From Convolutriloba macropyga (taxonomy: Eukaryota): a stretch of 64,000 nt of DNA. Below, piece by piece: positions 1-13,380 of the stretch (the first letter of the stretch is position 1; each line of letters starts with the position of its first letter). The translations under genes and the position numbers were made by a program. The notes under the pieces were generated by a model that ran no database searches, was not told where the DNA came from, and worked only from the letters and a program-made list of their open reading frames with translations. Where the stretch lies: assembly GCF_964194025.1 (NCBI RefSeq), contig NC_134476.1, forward strand, positions 11,966,001-12,030,000. The letters are read 5' to 3'.

Positions 1-3000
1 CATTCTCCATAATTTTAGGCATTTTTTTGTCTTACTTACTTTTATCACATTACTGTCAGGTCAGAAATCAAATTTTTCTTTTGTCTTTGTTTGTTGTTCT
101 TAGTGTAATTGTACAAAAAAAATCTGGATTGTGATTTTAAATGACTTTCAAGCTCAATTTTTTAAAGAAAAACATAGACACACTTTTCAACATTGCCCAT
201 TTTGTTCGTTTCTGTCTACGTGTTACCTAGTCTCGATATTCAGAGGTTACAGATCACGTTATCGGTGTTCAACAAAAGTAAAATTGATTTTTTCTTATTT
301 TTTACGGAGCATATTATGGTTCGAACGATTTCGACACCATTTTCTCGCAAACTTTTATTTGAATTTTTGTTTTTTGTCTGTATTTGTTGTTGGGGTTGTC
401 TGAAACATTTGCCAACGCAAAACTGACATACCTGAAAAGTTTCTGCAAACAGTTTAGCCAATGCTATTTCAAACATTTCATCCCACGTTTTTGTGGTTGT
501 CGAAGGATTGTTTCCCATTTTTGAAAACCAAATTTTGAAAAATAAATATTAGAAAAACCAATAACTGTGAACAAAAATTGCTATTGGTCTTTTCCAATTC
601 AAATGCACAAGATTAACTTAAGTTATATTTTTTTATTCGCTGAGAGGAAGCAATTATTTTTTAGAATTAAATTTTGCCAACAAATAGCTCCTCTCGTGAA
701 TGTTAATTAAAAAGTATTCACTTGTCATCAATTACAAATTAAAATCAACATTTTAATCGTATATGACACATTTAATTGAATACTTTAGTTCGATCAAACA
801 TTTCAATTCTATCAAACATGGAGATTTTGAATTCGATTTTACCAATTAAAGGTGACATCTTTCACAAATACTTTCTTCAACTGTCAATCGAGAAGTGTCG
901 GTTTGTTTGAATTTACATTTTTCAATCGGAAGTCATCGAGAATAACATTTGCTGACGACTTTGACACTCGTAACTGCCTGCCTATTACTTCATATTTTGC
1001 GATACGTTAATTGCTTCCTCCCACAAAATATAATTACTTCAATCACGCGGATGGTTTGGCAAAATAAATCGTAATTTTGTTTCAATTAGGCCAAGTTAAG
1101 CTGCAAAAAAGGTTGGGTCTCTTTATCATTATTCTGTACCTGCAGGGTTTCCACCAATCAGATTTGATTATATCTAGATAAGTTTCTACTTTTGGAGAAA
1201 GGATTTTCAGGCAAGGAAAACACTGCAAGTATTATGAAAAACCTACACATCAGATACTCCGATTCTACGATTTAAACTATTTTTATGAAGTTGTCAGACT
1301 GCTTAGAATGATGAACTTGACCTAAACAAACTCTAGCCTCAGTTCTAGAAAATTGTTTTAGTTAGTGTACAGGATAATTAATTTATTTCTCCGATTTGTA
1401 AAAATGTTTGTTGAGTTTTTGCCGACAATCCATTTGTAATTTTTTTAAATTTTAACCCGGATTTGCGTGTTTCTACCGTACACTAGATTGCTCAATTCCT
1501 CAATTAGTGAAAATAGGCTTTGAGAAACTAACTCTGTTTTTTGTACAAAATTTCTATCACTTAAGAAATTCGTCCTCTGCAAAAAAGATAGAGAATATCA
1601 AAATGAATTTTATTTTCAAAGACGCTTTAGTTAAACTAATAAATTACTACGTTCATTTACAGAAACAAGACAAGATAGCAAGTAGTTTTAACGCTGAAGA
1701 ATGAATTTTGCTTTATAAAGCAGAGTTTTACCTGACCAAATGTCTGTCTGTGTCTTAATTAATTTTGAATAATTTTTCAGGCTTTAATCATCCTGCTCGT
1801 CACGTGGTTTACGTGCTAAAATTATTCTCACAAAACGATTTAAAAAAAGTTGAGAAAAAGGCGATCAGTGACAGTAGCAATAAATTTTGCTGGTCATGCT
1901 ATTCCGATTCTACTGTTTAAATTGCCCCTAAATGCACCGTTCAATTACTAAGCCGGTTATTATTTTCGTCTGGTGAGTTTCACTGCTGGTCTCCTGCAGA
2001 CTCTGCCCGTCAAGCCTTTTAATTGTTCCGGTCCCTCTTGAGCGGGAAGGAACTATATACTCAAATGGGTTTTTTTTGTTCAGTCAATTTTGGCGGATCG
2101 ATATATTCATCGTAGAGAGTTGAGACTGGTATCATTAGAAAGCTTGTCCAGCGTAGAATATGGAAATAAAAAGATTTTTTTAATTTTCGTTTTCTACAGG
2201 GAGTTATCGAGGATTAAATTTTGAGAAAATACAGGTGAGATTTTATTCACATTTTTTGGAATTTTTGACTAAAACTTCGCCAATTTTAATAAAATTTGTT
2301 TTTTGTTTTAGAAAGTGTTGTTGATTTTTATTTGTAAAGACAAAAAAAATTGTACGATATTTTTATTAATTTTTTGTCAAAAAAGTTGGCTAAATATTTC
2401 AAAACTAAGACTTTTTCAGTAAAAACAGCACGAAATAAGTTTCTTTAGTCCAGATTGATTAAATTTACAGGAAGTACAGACCCAATCAGCACTAAAACAA
2501 TCTTTGTAGACTCAAAGGGAGGCTTTTTCTATTTCAAATTCCGTTGAGAGTGCTCTGTAACTAAAACTTCACCGTTTTTTGCTAAATTTATTCAAAATAA
2601 ATTAACGATATCTATAACATTTGAATAATTAAGTGTTCCTAATGGACAAACAAAATTAGCGAGACTAGTTTTGGTCCAATCTTGGACTGGTATATTTCAA
2701 AAAAAAACTTCGGTTATTAATCAGTCGGTCTTCTTTGTAAAAAAAACTCGATCATTTCTACATTAATTAAGTAACAGAACATTTAAAACCAAAGCTCACT
2801 AAGGACAGTTTCAGTTGGCTTCCTAATTAGCTCCACATTATTGTATCTAGTTGCTTACTTGAAAGCTTATGCTCATTTTGACTTTTAAAAGTATTTGATT
2901 TTTAAATAAACAAGGTTTTATTAAAGTTGCCTCTATTTTTCTCTTACTTTGGTCAACTTGTAGCTTATAGTCAGCAGTGAAAGAATGCTTCTATTGAAAT

Positions 3001-5060
3001 CAAATTTAATCAATTTTGTGGTTTAACGCCTTAAGTTATGGTTCTCTGGATATGATACTACTAGATTTCACATTTTTTTTAAAGTTTTTCGGAATTTTCC
3101 AATTTTTCACTTTTTCTAGTTTTATCATATTATCACGTTATTGACAGTTCATTTATCACAATATGTGCCTTTAAAAAAATTACAATTGATAAAACTTAAA
3201 TCTTTGAAGATATAGATTATGATTTTATCGGCTTCGTCACTACTTTCTCCAAGAATTGATTTGAAATTTTTAAATTTTGTCTTTAACTGTCGTTTTTACA
3301 TTCTCTTTTTAGCCGTATGAAATTTCCGGTACAATGACCCGGTTTCATTGGTTTTTCATGGACGAATAGATGAGCCGACATTCTGATATTAGTAGATAGC
3401 TGATGGCTTTCATAACTCTGAAAACAATTAATTTCCAATTAAAAAAAAACACTTTTTAAATTCGCAATCTTGTTCCTTTTACTGTCTGTTCGTTATCTAG
3501 TCTCGTTAATTACAGGCCAAATATGACATTATTGTTGCCAAAAGAAGGGTACCAAAGGGTACTGGTGTCACACAATCTAAGGTTTTTGGAGAATTCGTTA
3601 TGAATTTAGTGGCTTCGACACAGGTTCTTCAGAAGAGAAAGTAAATTAATTTATGATTTTGTCATATTCGACGTTTTTGTAGACATAAGACATATTCGGG
3701 ATAATTGTGATTATCCGGGGCTTCGGAAGAATAAACGAACCGATTTAATTATTTCATTCTGTATTTATTGGCGTTCATGTATTTGGAATTTTTTTTTTCG
3801 AAAAAAATTGAAGTGTTACTTTATTTTGCAATTTTTTCAGTTTTTTTTCTTCCTGTTAACTATCTTCGTTCATGAGAGGTCACATAATCAAAGAGTGCAA
3901 TCAAAAATATTTTGATGGCCATAGTATGGCTTTACGGTTTCGAAAGCGTTTTCTGTCAAGCTTTATTCGATTTTTTGCTTGTTCTCTAATTGTTGTTCTT
4001 TTTGTAACCGCATTAAAAACTAAAACCAGCAGTTCTTAATTCCTTGCATAAAAGCATTGTAACCGTACATCTATGGGATTTTTGTTGGTTTCTACTGATT
4101 TTAATCACTTTGAAACTAATTGTTTTTAAAAAAATAAGCGAATTTTTCAAGCTTACTGTTTTTGTTCTTTATTGTCTAACTGTTACCAATAATTTTCCAT
4201 GACCAGTCGCATATCTTTTCTGGTTAATTACAAGTTTTTTTGTTTAATATCAGTTTCATCCGACGCAATTTTGACTTTGTTATTAAGTTTTGTTTTTTAA
4301 AACGGACATGAAGTTTTTGATGTAGTTAATTTTTGTTGTTCTTGTTTGATTTTGCTGTTCATTTTGACTCGCTTTCTCAATATTTGCAAATCTCATCAAT
4401 CGAATGCACCATTTTTACTCCATCGCTAAGTTTTTTGCTTTGAGGGCTATCTTTTCGTTCTTACACCAATTTTTTTTTTTAAAAATACCTGAATTTTTGG
4501 GTTTCTCTATGTTCCTCATTTGGCAGACAATCATGCCAAAATTGTGGATGAGTGGGTTCGGAACCTTATGTGCAATCGCACTTTACCGATTGGCATTTTT
4601 GTCTCTATAGCTTGACACAAGACATATTTGCTTTTTTGCTGTTTTTGACCAACTAAACGATGTTGCCTTTTTCAGCAATTTGGTTTGCTGCCGATTTTTC
4701 AAATTCGGCTAATAAATACTCTGTAAGAAAACTATTCACATTGAGATCAGCACCGAGGTTAGCGAAAAAGTTTTCTTTGATCGACAACTTTTTTTCTGCG
4801 CATGGCGTTACGGTCAGCGTTTTTTTTTTTTCAAGCGATAAGTGATTGCGTGTTATTGCTAATAAGTCATTGAGGTCTGTACTGCCTGGTGTCAACTTTC
4901 TTGCGTTAAAGTTTGCACACCAAAATGTTTTTGATATTGGAAAAACTTTCTCCGTGGCTGATCTGTCCCCCAAAAACTGCATACGTCGTTTTCTTAGAAC
5001 TTCAAAACACATAATTCACACAAGGTGGCAAGTGGGTTGGACTTCAATTTCATTCCCTGT
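1..5060 (-). mobile_element. Older diverged copies of family X, abutting the LINE 3' end
   Basis: Homology blocks as above; internal repeat 170..280 similar to 3440..3545; strong strand skew typical of decayed coding sequence. Confidence 0.5.
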
Positions 5061-5361
5061 TTAAAATCTAATAATAATAACAATAAATTGTTCTCAAGTA
5101 TGTATAAACAAACAACATTGTTCAATGAGGTTTACATATACATACTCAAAAGGTCATCAAAAGGCAAAAAAACCTAGTCGTGTGATGCCTTTGGGAAGCA
5201 GTTTGTTAGCAAATAGGGGTGGGGGTAGGGTGTTGATATTGGTTTGTTTTTAATGTTTAAATAGATTGAGTGACAGCAAGTACACGTGAGGAAACAGTTG
5301 AGTTTTTGTAAAAGGATAAAAATAGAAAAAAAATATTGTTTTAGACAATTGCTCAAAAAAA

Positions 5362-7251
5362 CTAATAAAAAAGTTCTATGATATCATTTACTTGTATAAA
5401 ATTTTCAAGAAAAGTATGGTGGTGTATATTAATTCCAGATTTGTAGCAACTCTTTATAAAGTGAACATATTTTGAGTCGAAATTAAGTATATAATTTAGC
5501 AATTTCCTTATTCTTATTCCAATTCTCTTTGGGTTGATACCAGTAAATTGATTGCTAGGTTTTAGTTTCTTACTTGTTGTTCTTTTCTCATCTAGCCTCA
5601 CAAGCTCTGAATCCTCAATAAACCTGTTAAAAACTTCATTTTTATGTTTCCGCCTAATCATTTTGGTTAAAAATTTTAAAAGCTCATAAATATGTAGTTC
5701 TTTCACCAGGAAGATTCCATATTTTTCCCGTTCGTTCGCTGTTGATTGATGACTTTGTTTCCTGAAAATAATTCGCGAATTTTGTTTAATTTTCACTTCG
5801 ATAAACTTCAGGCTTGTCTTGCTTGCAGTTCCGTAAATAAGCACTCCATATTGTATAACCGGTTGAACAAAAGACTTATAAACTAAAACTAATTGTTTAA
5901 TGCTCAATATAAACCTCAGTTTGTAGAACAATCCCGTAAATTTGGTCAATTTTGCAGCGACGCTATTTATGTGTTTTTTGAAATCCAATTTGTTGTCCAG
6001 CAAAACGCCTAGATACTTTACTTCGTTGCTCTTTTTAAGGGTTGCATTGCTCAGTCTTAGAACATTCAGCATAGTTTTAAAACCTAAGATTAGATTAATC
6101 GTTTTTTCAAAATTGAGCGTCAGTTTGTTATCGCTTAAGTATAGGCCGATGTTGTCAATATCACTTTGAAAAAGAACTTCATTTGCACTTTTTTTTGACT
6201 GCAGAGCAGTATCGTCGGCATAGAGCGTTATTGTAGAGCAGCTGCATTGTTGTCTGATGTCATTGACGTATATGATGAAAAGTAGTGGTCCTAAAACTGA
6301 ACCTTGCGGCACGCCAGACGTAACAGTTCTTGGACTCGTTCTTGCAGCACCATATCTAAGAACTTGTTTTCTGTCAGATAAGTAAGATTTCATAATTTCA
6401 AGTATTGGGCCTCTCAAACCTATGTTAGCAATTTTTTTAAGTAGTAAATTATGATCAACCGTGTCAAATGCCTTTTTCAAATCTAGAAACAAACCTATCG
6501 AGCACTTTGGCTGGTTTTCTAAAGTGTCCCTAGCGTTTTCAACAAAATGCGCTAATGCATCAATTGTTCCTCTTTGTCGTCGGAAACCATATTGATTTGC
6601 ATCCAGGAGTTCAAAAATTTCCAAAAAATTAGATATTTTGTTGTACAGAAATGTTTCAAATACTTTTGCAACAGTTGGAAGTAGAGAAATTGGTCTGAAG
6701 TTAGATGGTTCCTGGACATCACCACTTTTATGTACTGCTACTATAATAGCTTCTTTCAGGCAAGGTGGAAAACTTCTTTCATCGATACATTTGTTGATTA
6801 ATTTTGATAGTATTGGCACAATTACCAATTCGAGTTTCTTCAAAAAAAAGTTGTTAAGTTCAAAGCAATCTGTGCTATATTTGGTTCGCATTTTATTTAT
6901 TATTTCCCGTACTTCCAGCGAAGTGGCCCTGGTTAGACGCATTGATTGTACACTAATACTACTGCTTTTAGAAATATTCTCACTTTTAAACTCAAAATTT
7001 GATGCTAAGGTTTTACCAACTGTAGAGAAATAGTCTATGAATTTATCAGCTGTCTCTTTATTGAGCCTATCTTGCGATGCAACTTTGCCTTTTAATCTGC
7101 TAATGCAGTCAAAGAAAGATTTAGAGTTTTTCTGACCATCTGCATTCATTAACCGCTGATAATACATTTCCTTTTTTCTTCTGATCAGTTTTTGCAGCTT
7201 GTTACGTAGTGCATTGAATTTGAGTTGATCGTTTTTGTCTTTCGTTCTCAT
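5362..7251 (-). CDS. LINE ORF2 reverse transcriptase portion (629 aa open segment)
   Basis: NFRPISLLP, QYGFR, FLDLKKAFDTVDH, GVPQGSVLGPLLF, LYADD, VKYLGVLLD. Confidence 0.93.
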   Translation of the reverse strand: MRTKDKNDQLKFNALRNKLQKLIRRKKEMYYQRLMNADGQKNSKSFFDCISRLKGKVASQDRLNKETADKFIDYFSTVGKTLASNFEFKSENISKSSSISVQSMRLTRATSLEVREIINKMRTKYSTDCFELNNFFLKKLELVIVPILSKLINKCIDERSFPPCLKEAIIVAVHKSGDVQEPSNFRPISLLPTVAKVFETFLYNKISNFLEIFELLDANQYGFRRQRGTIDALAHFVENARDTLENQPKCSIGLFLDLKKAFDTVDHNLLLKKIANIGLRGPILEIMKSYLSDRKQVLRYGAARTSPRTVTSGVPQGSVLGPLLFIIYVNDIRQQCSCSTITLYADDTALQSKKSANEVLFQSDIDNIGLYLSDNKLTLNFEKTINLILGFKTMLNVLRLSNATLKKSNEVKYLGVLLDNKLDFKKHINSVAAKLTKFTGLFYKLRFILSIKQLVLVYKSFVQPVIQYGVLIYGTASKTSLKFIEVKIKQNSRIIFRKQSHQSTANEREKYGIFLVKELHIYELLKFLTKMIRRKHKNEVFNRFIEDSELVRLDEKRTTSKKLKPSNQFTGINPKRIGIRIRKLLNYILNFDSKYVHFIKSCYKSGINIHHHTFLENFIQVNDIIELFY

Positions 7252-8235
7252 AAAATTTTGGTATTGTTGTCGCTTCTTGGTATTTAGATGTCTTTTTCGT
7301 TGTCAATCCACAATTTTTTATTTTTTGTACCTTTACAAATTTTTGTAGGAACAAATTTTTCAACACATTTATTCAAGAGAAACTGAAAAATTTTCATGGC
7401 TTCTTCAGAACTTAATTGATCAAGTGTTAGTTCAAACTTCTGTAATTCATGTTGCATATAAAACTGAAGATTAATAATTACGTTTGAATCATTAAGTTTT
7501 GTCCACATTTTAATCATACAATCATCATCATTTTCTTTTTCTGAATGATTCAATTTGTGTCCCGAGAATCCAAAAAAGAGCGTTTAATGATCTGTTAGCG
7601 TAGTTTGTGACACTTTCAGATCAATTTTTACGTTGGAATACACGGCATCAAAACAAGAATTACTAGTCTTTGTTTCTCTAGTGCAGTTCGCATTTTCTGC
7701 ATAATGCAGGTCAAAAGACAGCAAGGCCTCTTGCAATGTTTTTAACTTTGAAGAAACGGTGTGATGATTTATATTGAAGTCACCACATATAACTGACATA
7801 CAGTCTTCCGGAATAAAAACTTTCTCAAAATGGTTTCCTAAGCTTGTCCTTAGTTTTTCGTTGGACGTGTTTGGTTTGACGTATATTGTAGTTAAAAAAC
7901 TTTTAAATTATTATAGCAAAATTTCAGTGTCAAAATTTGGCACTCATTGCTGGTGTTTTTGTTCACTGTTTCAAACTTTATTTTATTTTTCAGAAAAATA
8001 CCAACTCCTCCACCTCGATTTCGCTTTACACCCCTACTGACTGTGACGATTTTTTGATAACCATCCAGTTGCCAACAAAGAGTGTCATACTCTTCATTTA
8101 TCCATGTTTCTGTTAAGCAGACGGCTAAGGGTAAACTATCTAAACTGTTTACTAGAATTTGAAGCTGATTTAAATTTTTGTATATAGATCTTATATTTTG
8201 AAGCATGAAGAGCTTTTGCATTTTGTTGTACTAAA
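7252..8235 (-). pseudogene. LINE ORF2 N-terminal AP endonuclease and linker, broken by stops and frameshifts
   Basis: Three ORF pieces (7892..8221, 7584..7799, 7284..7553) carry the APE motifs and linker. They are not all in one frame and none is in the RT frame. Confidence 0.85.
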
Positions 8236-9020
8236 ATGATATGTACAAGTGGAAGAAAAGTGGGACGACCATTGTCTTCAATGGATTGTAGCAGCAAAAT
8301 TTAAAGTGTTAGCGGATATGACGTTAGAGTTAAAACAACTCTGGTTACCAGAGTAAAAAACTGTTTTTTCGAAAAAATAGCTAAATCGTAGACATAATGT
8401 ATTTTTTTTTGTTAAAATATTTAAAAATATATAGCCTAAAAGGAGAAAAAAAACAAGAAAACGATGAGAAAAAAATAAAAAAAATTTTCTGCTAAAATCA
8501 TGTATTTGGAGAAAGTTTACAAGTTTAACAACTTCAAGCGCGTAATCGCAGCAATCAGTTGATATACTTGATTTATCTTGGGTGATCCTGTTTTCACATT
8601 GAGAGAAATAAAAAGAAACGACATCTTCGAATTTAAATAGGCGTTTTATCGCAGCCATCAAATCCGATGTGCGAACAATTTCTTTTTTCATTGATTTTTG
8701 GTCGTAATGACGCGTAATCGCAGTCAGCTACTATATTTCACATTTAAATATTTATACAATTATCTTTATATATTTATATTTATATGTGACGCGTAATCGC
8801 AGTCACATTTTTTTGTTTTACAGTAAATCAGAATTAATCTAAATCAATTTAAAAAAAAGAAGAAAAATCTAGAAATTTTGACGTATCTAATTGAATACTT
8901 TTCTTTTACGGGGCCTCAAAATAGGAACTGCTTCCCAAAAATGCCAATAGGATTAGAATAACATTAGCACAAAACAAAAATATTTTTTAATTTGTTCACT
9001 AAACGTCTTTGTTTTTTTGT

Positions 9021-9794
9021 TCAGTCAGCACTTAAAGATTTTTTTGAAGTCAGGCGACTTCTCTCTGTCATCATCAATTTTGTCGTCATCGTCAAGGCAG
9101 TATTTCCTTTTTGGTTTTCTCGTTTGATCGGGTTTTTGACATTTTCAAGATCGCTAATTTGATTGATGTTGTGATAGCCAGTATCATTGTTGTTTCGCTT
9201 CACCAATACAGATACGGAACAATTTTTTGTCGAAGTATTGAAACCCTGTCTATTTGCCTCAGCCCTAAGTTCAGCTTCAAACTTTGGTAGTCGTTCATTC
9301 AAGAAAATAGGTTTTTTATTCAGGCTGTTTTTTGCAGTTTTTAACTTTCGTCTTGCACCAAACACTCTGTCTTTCTCGTCGAAATAGACAAACTTGCAAA
9401 ACACCGAGTCATATTGATCTCCATTAGCAGTTCCCGGTAAAATATGGCATGCTTTTATTCTGTTCTCAGTGAGATTTATTTTCAGAAAATCGCTAAAAAA
9501 TCTCAAGGTATTTTTCAGTACATTTTTGCTATCTCTTGGATCGAAAGGCGGATTGAAGATAATTAGGCAGTCTTTGCTCGTGTCCCTCTCTTGTGCTCTG
9601 AGGCGCTCATTCATATCAAATTGCATTTTTTCAAGATTTTTTATTTTACTTTCCTGTTCTTTGTTTTTTGCGATCAAACCTGTGACCGAATTCTGCAATT
9701 GATCCACCTGCTTCTTCAGTTGACTTGATTCACCCTCCATTTCCATCCAGCTGTGAGTCGGGTCAAAAGTTAATTGTAACAAGGATAAATACAA
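9021..9794 (-). CDS. LINE ORF1 (coiled coil + RRM-like/CTD)
   Basis: Heptad-rich N-terminus (LKKQVDQLQNSVTGL..), CLIIFN, CHILP, FCKFVYFDEKDRVFGARRKLK, IFLNERLP; lies upstream of ORF2 on the same strand. Confidence 0.8.
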   Translation of the reverse strand: MYLSLLQLTFDPTHSWMEMEGESSQLKKQVDQLQNSVTGLIAKNKEQESKIKNLEKMQFDMNERLRAQERDTSKDCLIIFNPPFDPRDSKNVLKNTLRFFSDFLKINLTENRIKACHILPGTANGDQYDSVFCKFVYFDEKDRVFGARRKLKTAKNSLNKKPIFLNERLPKFEAELRAEANRQGFNTSTKNCSVSVLVKRNNNDTGYHNINQISDLENVKNPIKRENQKGNTALTMTTKLMMTERSRLTSKKSLSAD

Positions 9795-11295
9795 ACTTGT
9801 AAAGAATACGAATAAAAAAGAGAAAGAGGAACAAAAATCCGCAAATTAACTGTTAATTATTAGACAATGGCCGTTCCCAGTTCTTACACACGAGCTGGGT
9901 ACATAGTAGAAAACTAGTGTTTTAATATAGAAATGATTATGCAAACACGTTATTAGATTTAGATATGCTAGTGTTGAGTTGGTTCTAAACGTTCAAGTTT
10001 TTGTTCATAAAGATGCACGTTTAATGTGCTATTGAAGGCCAACTTGAAAGAAAGAAAGCGCAACTGTTCTTGAAAAGCGCAACTGTTGTTCTGAATACTT
10101 TTTAGAACAATACTAACAATAAAAATGACCTCACTATCTATTTCCTCTCACAAGCCAGCTATCGTCCAGAACAATGTTCAGTAATTGGTCAAACGAATTT
10201 TCCATAATAATAGTTATCTATTTAATAAGTTTATCACAACAATTAGGCTAATCTGATGTTTTTCCTTCGTTTCTCTGTTTCATGCCGCAGCATAATCTAA
10301 AAACTATTCATAAACTAAAAGCAGGTCAAAGACACAATTTCCAAATTTTTGGATACAGCTACAATTAACGAAGCAGACCATTTTGGCCGAACAAGAGGTT
10401 TCCATTGAGGTTCTTTAATTTCAGCTTCGATAGTGCACTGATACTCGATTATCAATTGATTATTTAGTTACCAGTTTTGCGGGAAGTGCTCCAAATTTCG
10501 ACACTTGATGATCGGTCGCCTGAATTTGAAACCTCGAGAATTGACTATGTCGGTTTATTAAATGAAGGCTTCGAAGCGAGCTCATGATCTACATAGTGCT
10601 AGAAAGTTGTTGAATTTATAAGCCCAATTTGAAACATTTTTATTCTTTGAATAGAATGGAAAAGAAAATTGTGCCACCATTTCTTCCCACTAGTTAACCG
10701 AGAAATAGGATAATCAATTTCTATTGCCGTTACTTCTAATTTGCGATCTTGCTCACGCCGTTTTCATTCCGATGGTTGATGTTCTATTTCGAGTACGTTC
10801 TTTTCGATTTCTAGCTCTTGCGCCTTTCTCTCAGACCGTGCCTGTTTGATTCGCAGTGTTCTTTTGAATTTGATATCCCTATAGCTACTCACCTCTTCAC
10901 GCCTTATGTTTGCAGATAGCTTATCCAAAAACGTTTTCGGTATTTCGTCCATTCATTAATCCTCCTCTTAGCTTCAAGAAAATAGGTTGTTTGTTTGGTA
11001 GTTCTCACTAACCCATCTTTCAATGAGCAATTGATTAGCGTTCCTTTGCTCTGCATTTATTCATTAGCTTGTTTTGGAACATGTGCGCAAAACAATTAAT
11101 TTTCGATTTCATTCTGCACTCTGTCGCTCGCATCAAATGATCATCAACAAAATTTTTTTCGGTAAAGTGCAAAGTTGTTTCCACGCTGCATGTGCATGGA
11201 GATAATTGTCCTGCTTTTTGCCTTCATTTGCCGAGATGCATTTGCCTGCAAGGCTAGTAAAACCATTGTCTTTTCAAACTATTGTAGAAATGGTA

Positions 11296-11298
<3 letters not shown>

Positions 11299-11340
<42 letters not shown>
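11299..11340. repeat. (AG)n microsatellite
   Basis: Direct read. Confidence 0.98.
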
Positions 11341-11342
<2 letters not shown>

Positions 11343-11389
11343 AGGAGAATTTCCACTGAAAATCAAGAATCTTGTAAACAGGTACATCT

Positions 11390-12137
11390 TTGAGACTCAA
11401 TTTTTGCGGCATTATTTTTTGCAGAAAATGAGTCTCGCAGATGTTGCTTCGCACTTTCGGCATGAGTATTGCTCAACCTACTCACAAATTTTGGTCATAA
11501 TAGTTGAATTTAGCTTTGAATTTGAAGAAAATTGCGACAAAATTAGAATGGCTGTGCATATAGTAATTCTTTTTTGATAAGTAAAAAGATTGGCTTAGCT
11601 GTACCTTTTTTATGAAACTTGTGATTTTGGCATGAACTTGGTTTTCCTCTAGCCAATGCTACCTAGTTGTTGGCAAAAATCACATCTTTTTTGACGCAAA
11701 CATCGTCTCTATAGAATGCCGTAAATTTTTTTAATTCAGGGATCTTCGTTTGAAGGTTGTTAAAGATTTTGTGCTAGATGTTAGATTAAGTAAGGCACGT
11801 TACACACTAAAAATGCGTCATTAGGCAAAGCTATCTTTTGCTCAAATCACTATGAAGCTTTACAGCGCAAAAACATAACTTCATAAAACTAAATCTCCGT
11901 TACAAGTTAGCACTGATAGCAGCCCGAACCTAAAACTCAGTGACAATCAGTTTTGATTCCTAACGATTTCACAGAATTTTTAAGATTCAGTACTGATTCA
12001 GAAGGATTTCAGAACCAACTGTAGAGTGATTTCTGAATTTGAATTTCTCGGAATCAGAACAAAATTCAGACAACATTTGGTGTTCTCCTGAATCGGAAGA
12101 CAAGTCAGAATGAATCACTCACTTAGCTCGTACATAT

Positions 12138-12195
<58 letters not shown>

Positions 12196-13380
12196 GCACT
12201 TGCAGTGTTTACAAGAGTTCAGTCCAAGTCTCCAACAATCTTTAGTCGTGATATTCAACTCATTGATTAATATTTTATGTAAAAATCAAACATTGGTTAG
12301 CAGATTCTGTCGTGTTGACATTTGTATCGTCTGACCTAAGAAACTCAACTCACTTTATTGCAATGCTTTTGAGGAAAAGAAACAGGACTTACGGTTGGTT
12401 CATGTCACTGGCTATTATAAAACTGCAAACAGTGAAAACATTTTTTTTCGCAATCTAGAGAAACTCAAAATGTTACAAATATTGTCACAACAATACGGAT
12501 CCCACAGAATCCCAAAATATCGGTTGACCGATCACTGCGAGAGGTTGTACTGATAGTCGCCGATTTGAACAACGAAAAAACCAAATTCATAGCAATAGGC
12601 TGTCCTAAAGCAAAATGCGGACACATGTTCGCAAAAAATGGGTCTCGAAGATAATGCTTCGCACTTTCGGCAAGAGTTTTGTCCAGCTTGCTCATAAAAT
12701 TGGGTCAAACAAATTTTTTTTATTGTAACTTTTAAACTATGAAAAATGCGACAAATTTACAAATTTTAATTCGTAAAAACTGTGGTATGTTGAGCTATGA
12801 TTTTATTGTAAGAATGGCTGTTCACATAGCACTTTTTTTAAGTAAGTATTGTGGTTGGTTTAGCTGTATTTTTTTACAACACTTGTGATAAATTGCATTG
12901 AATTGTGTTTTCCTCCAGCGCCTGCTAGGCAGTTTTGGGCAAACTTTACATCTTTTTTGACCCAAAAACCGTTTCTATTAAATGCGGTATTTTTTTTATT
13001 TTCAGGGATCTTCGTAACTAAGTGTTTAAAAAGTTTGTGCTTGATGTTAAATTCAGTAAGGCAGGCTACACACTAAAAAAGCGTCATTAGGCAAAGCTAT
13101 CATTCGCTCAAATCACTATGAAACTTTACAGCGCAAAAACATAACTTCATAGAACTAAATCTCAGTTACAAGTTAGCACTGATGGCAGCCCGAACCTAAG
13201 GCTCAGTGAAAATCAGTACTGATTCAGAACACTTCCAGAGAAAATTCAAGTTTCAGTACTGATTCAGAAGAATTTCAGAACCAACTAAGAAGTGATTTCT
13301 GAATTTCTCAGAATTAGAGCAAAATTTAGAGAGAATATTCAGTATTCTGAATCAGAAGATAAATCGGAAGTGATCAGTTA
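11390..13380. repeat. Diverged tandem duplication (~11390..12118 vs ~12630..13380)
   Basis: Shared blocks such as GCGTCATTAGGCAAAGCTATC..CTCAAATCACTATGAA..TTTACAGCGCAAAAACATAACTTCATA; a third partial copy lies at ~15010..15150. Confidence 0.85.
12145..12192. repeat. (TA)n microsatellite
   Basis: Direct read. Confidence 0.98.

Larger units (their letters stand above)
5070..10100 (-). mobile_element. Near full-length LINE (CR1/L2/Crack group): ORF1 + APE-RT ORF2, frameshifted
   Basis: ORF1 9021..9794. APE fragments 7584..8221 (QNIRSI, CLTETW, RGGGVGIF, ICGDFNI, TDH). RT 5362..7251. Short (TAT)n-like 3' tail near 5070..5085. Ends approximate; no TSD identified. Confidence 0.9.

Noticed and set aside
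2200-2234. Apparent micro-exon (TTTCTACAG..ACAG|GTGAGA) on the + strand
   Set aside because: Lies in the family X repeat (homologous to ~36490) and no partner host exons were found.
8278-8691. 137-aa ORF between LINE ORF1 and ORF2
   Set aside because: Low-complexity Phe/Leu-rich translation of T-rich DNA; no recognisable domain.
11175-12334. ORFs with ERERER, SLSLSL and YIYIYI runs
   Set aside because: Translations of (AG)n and (TA)n microsatellites.
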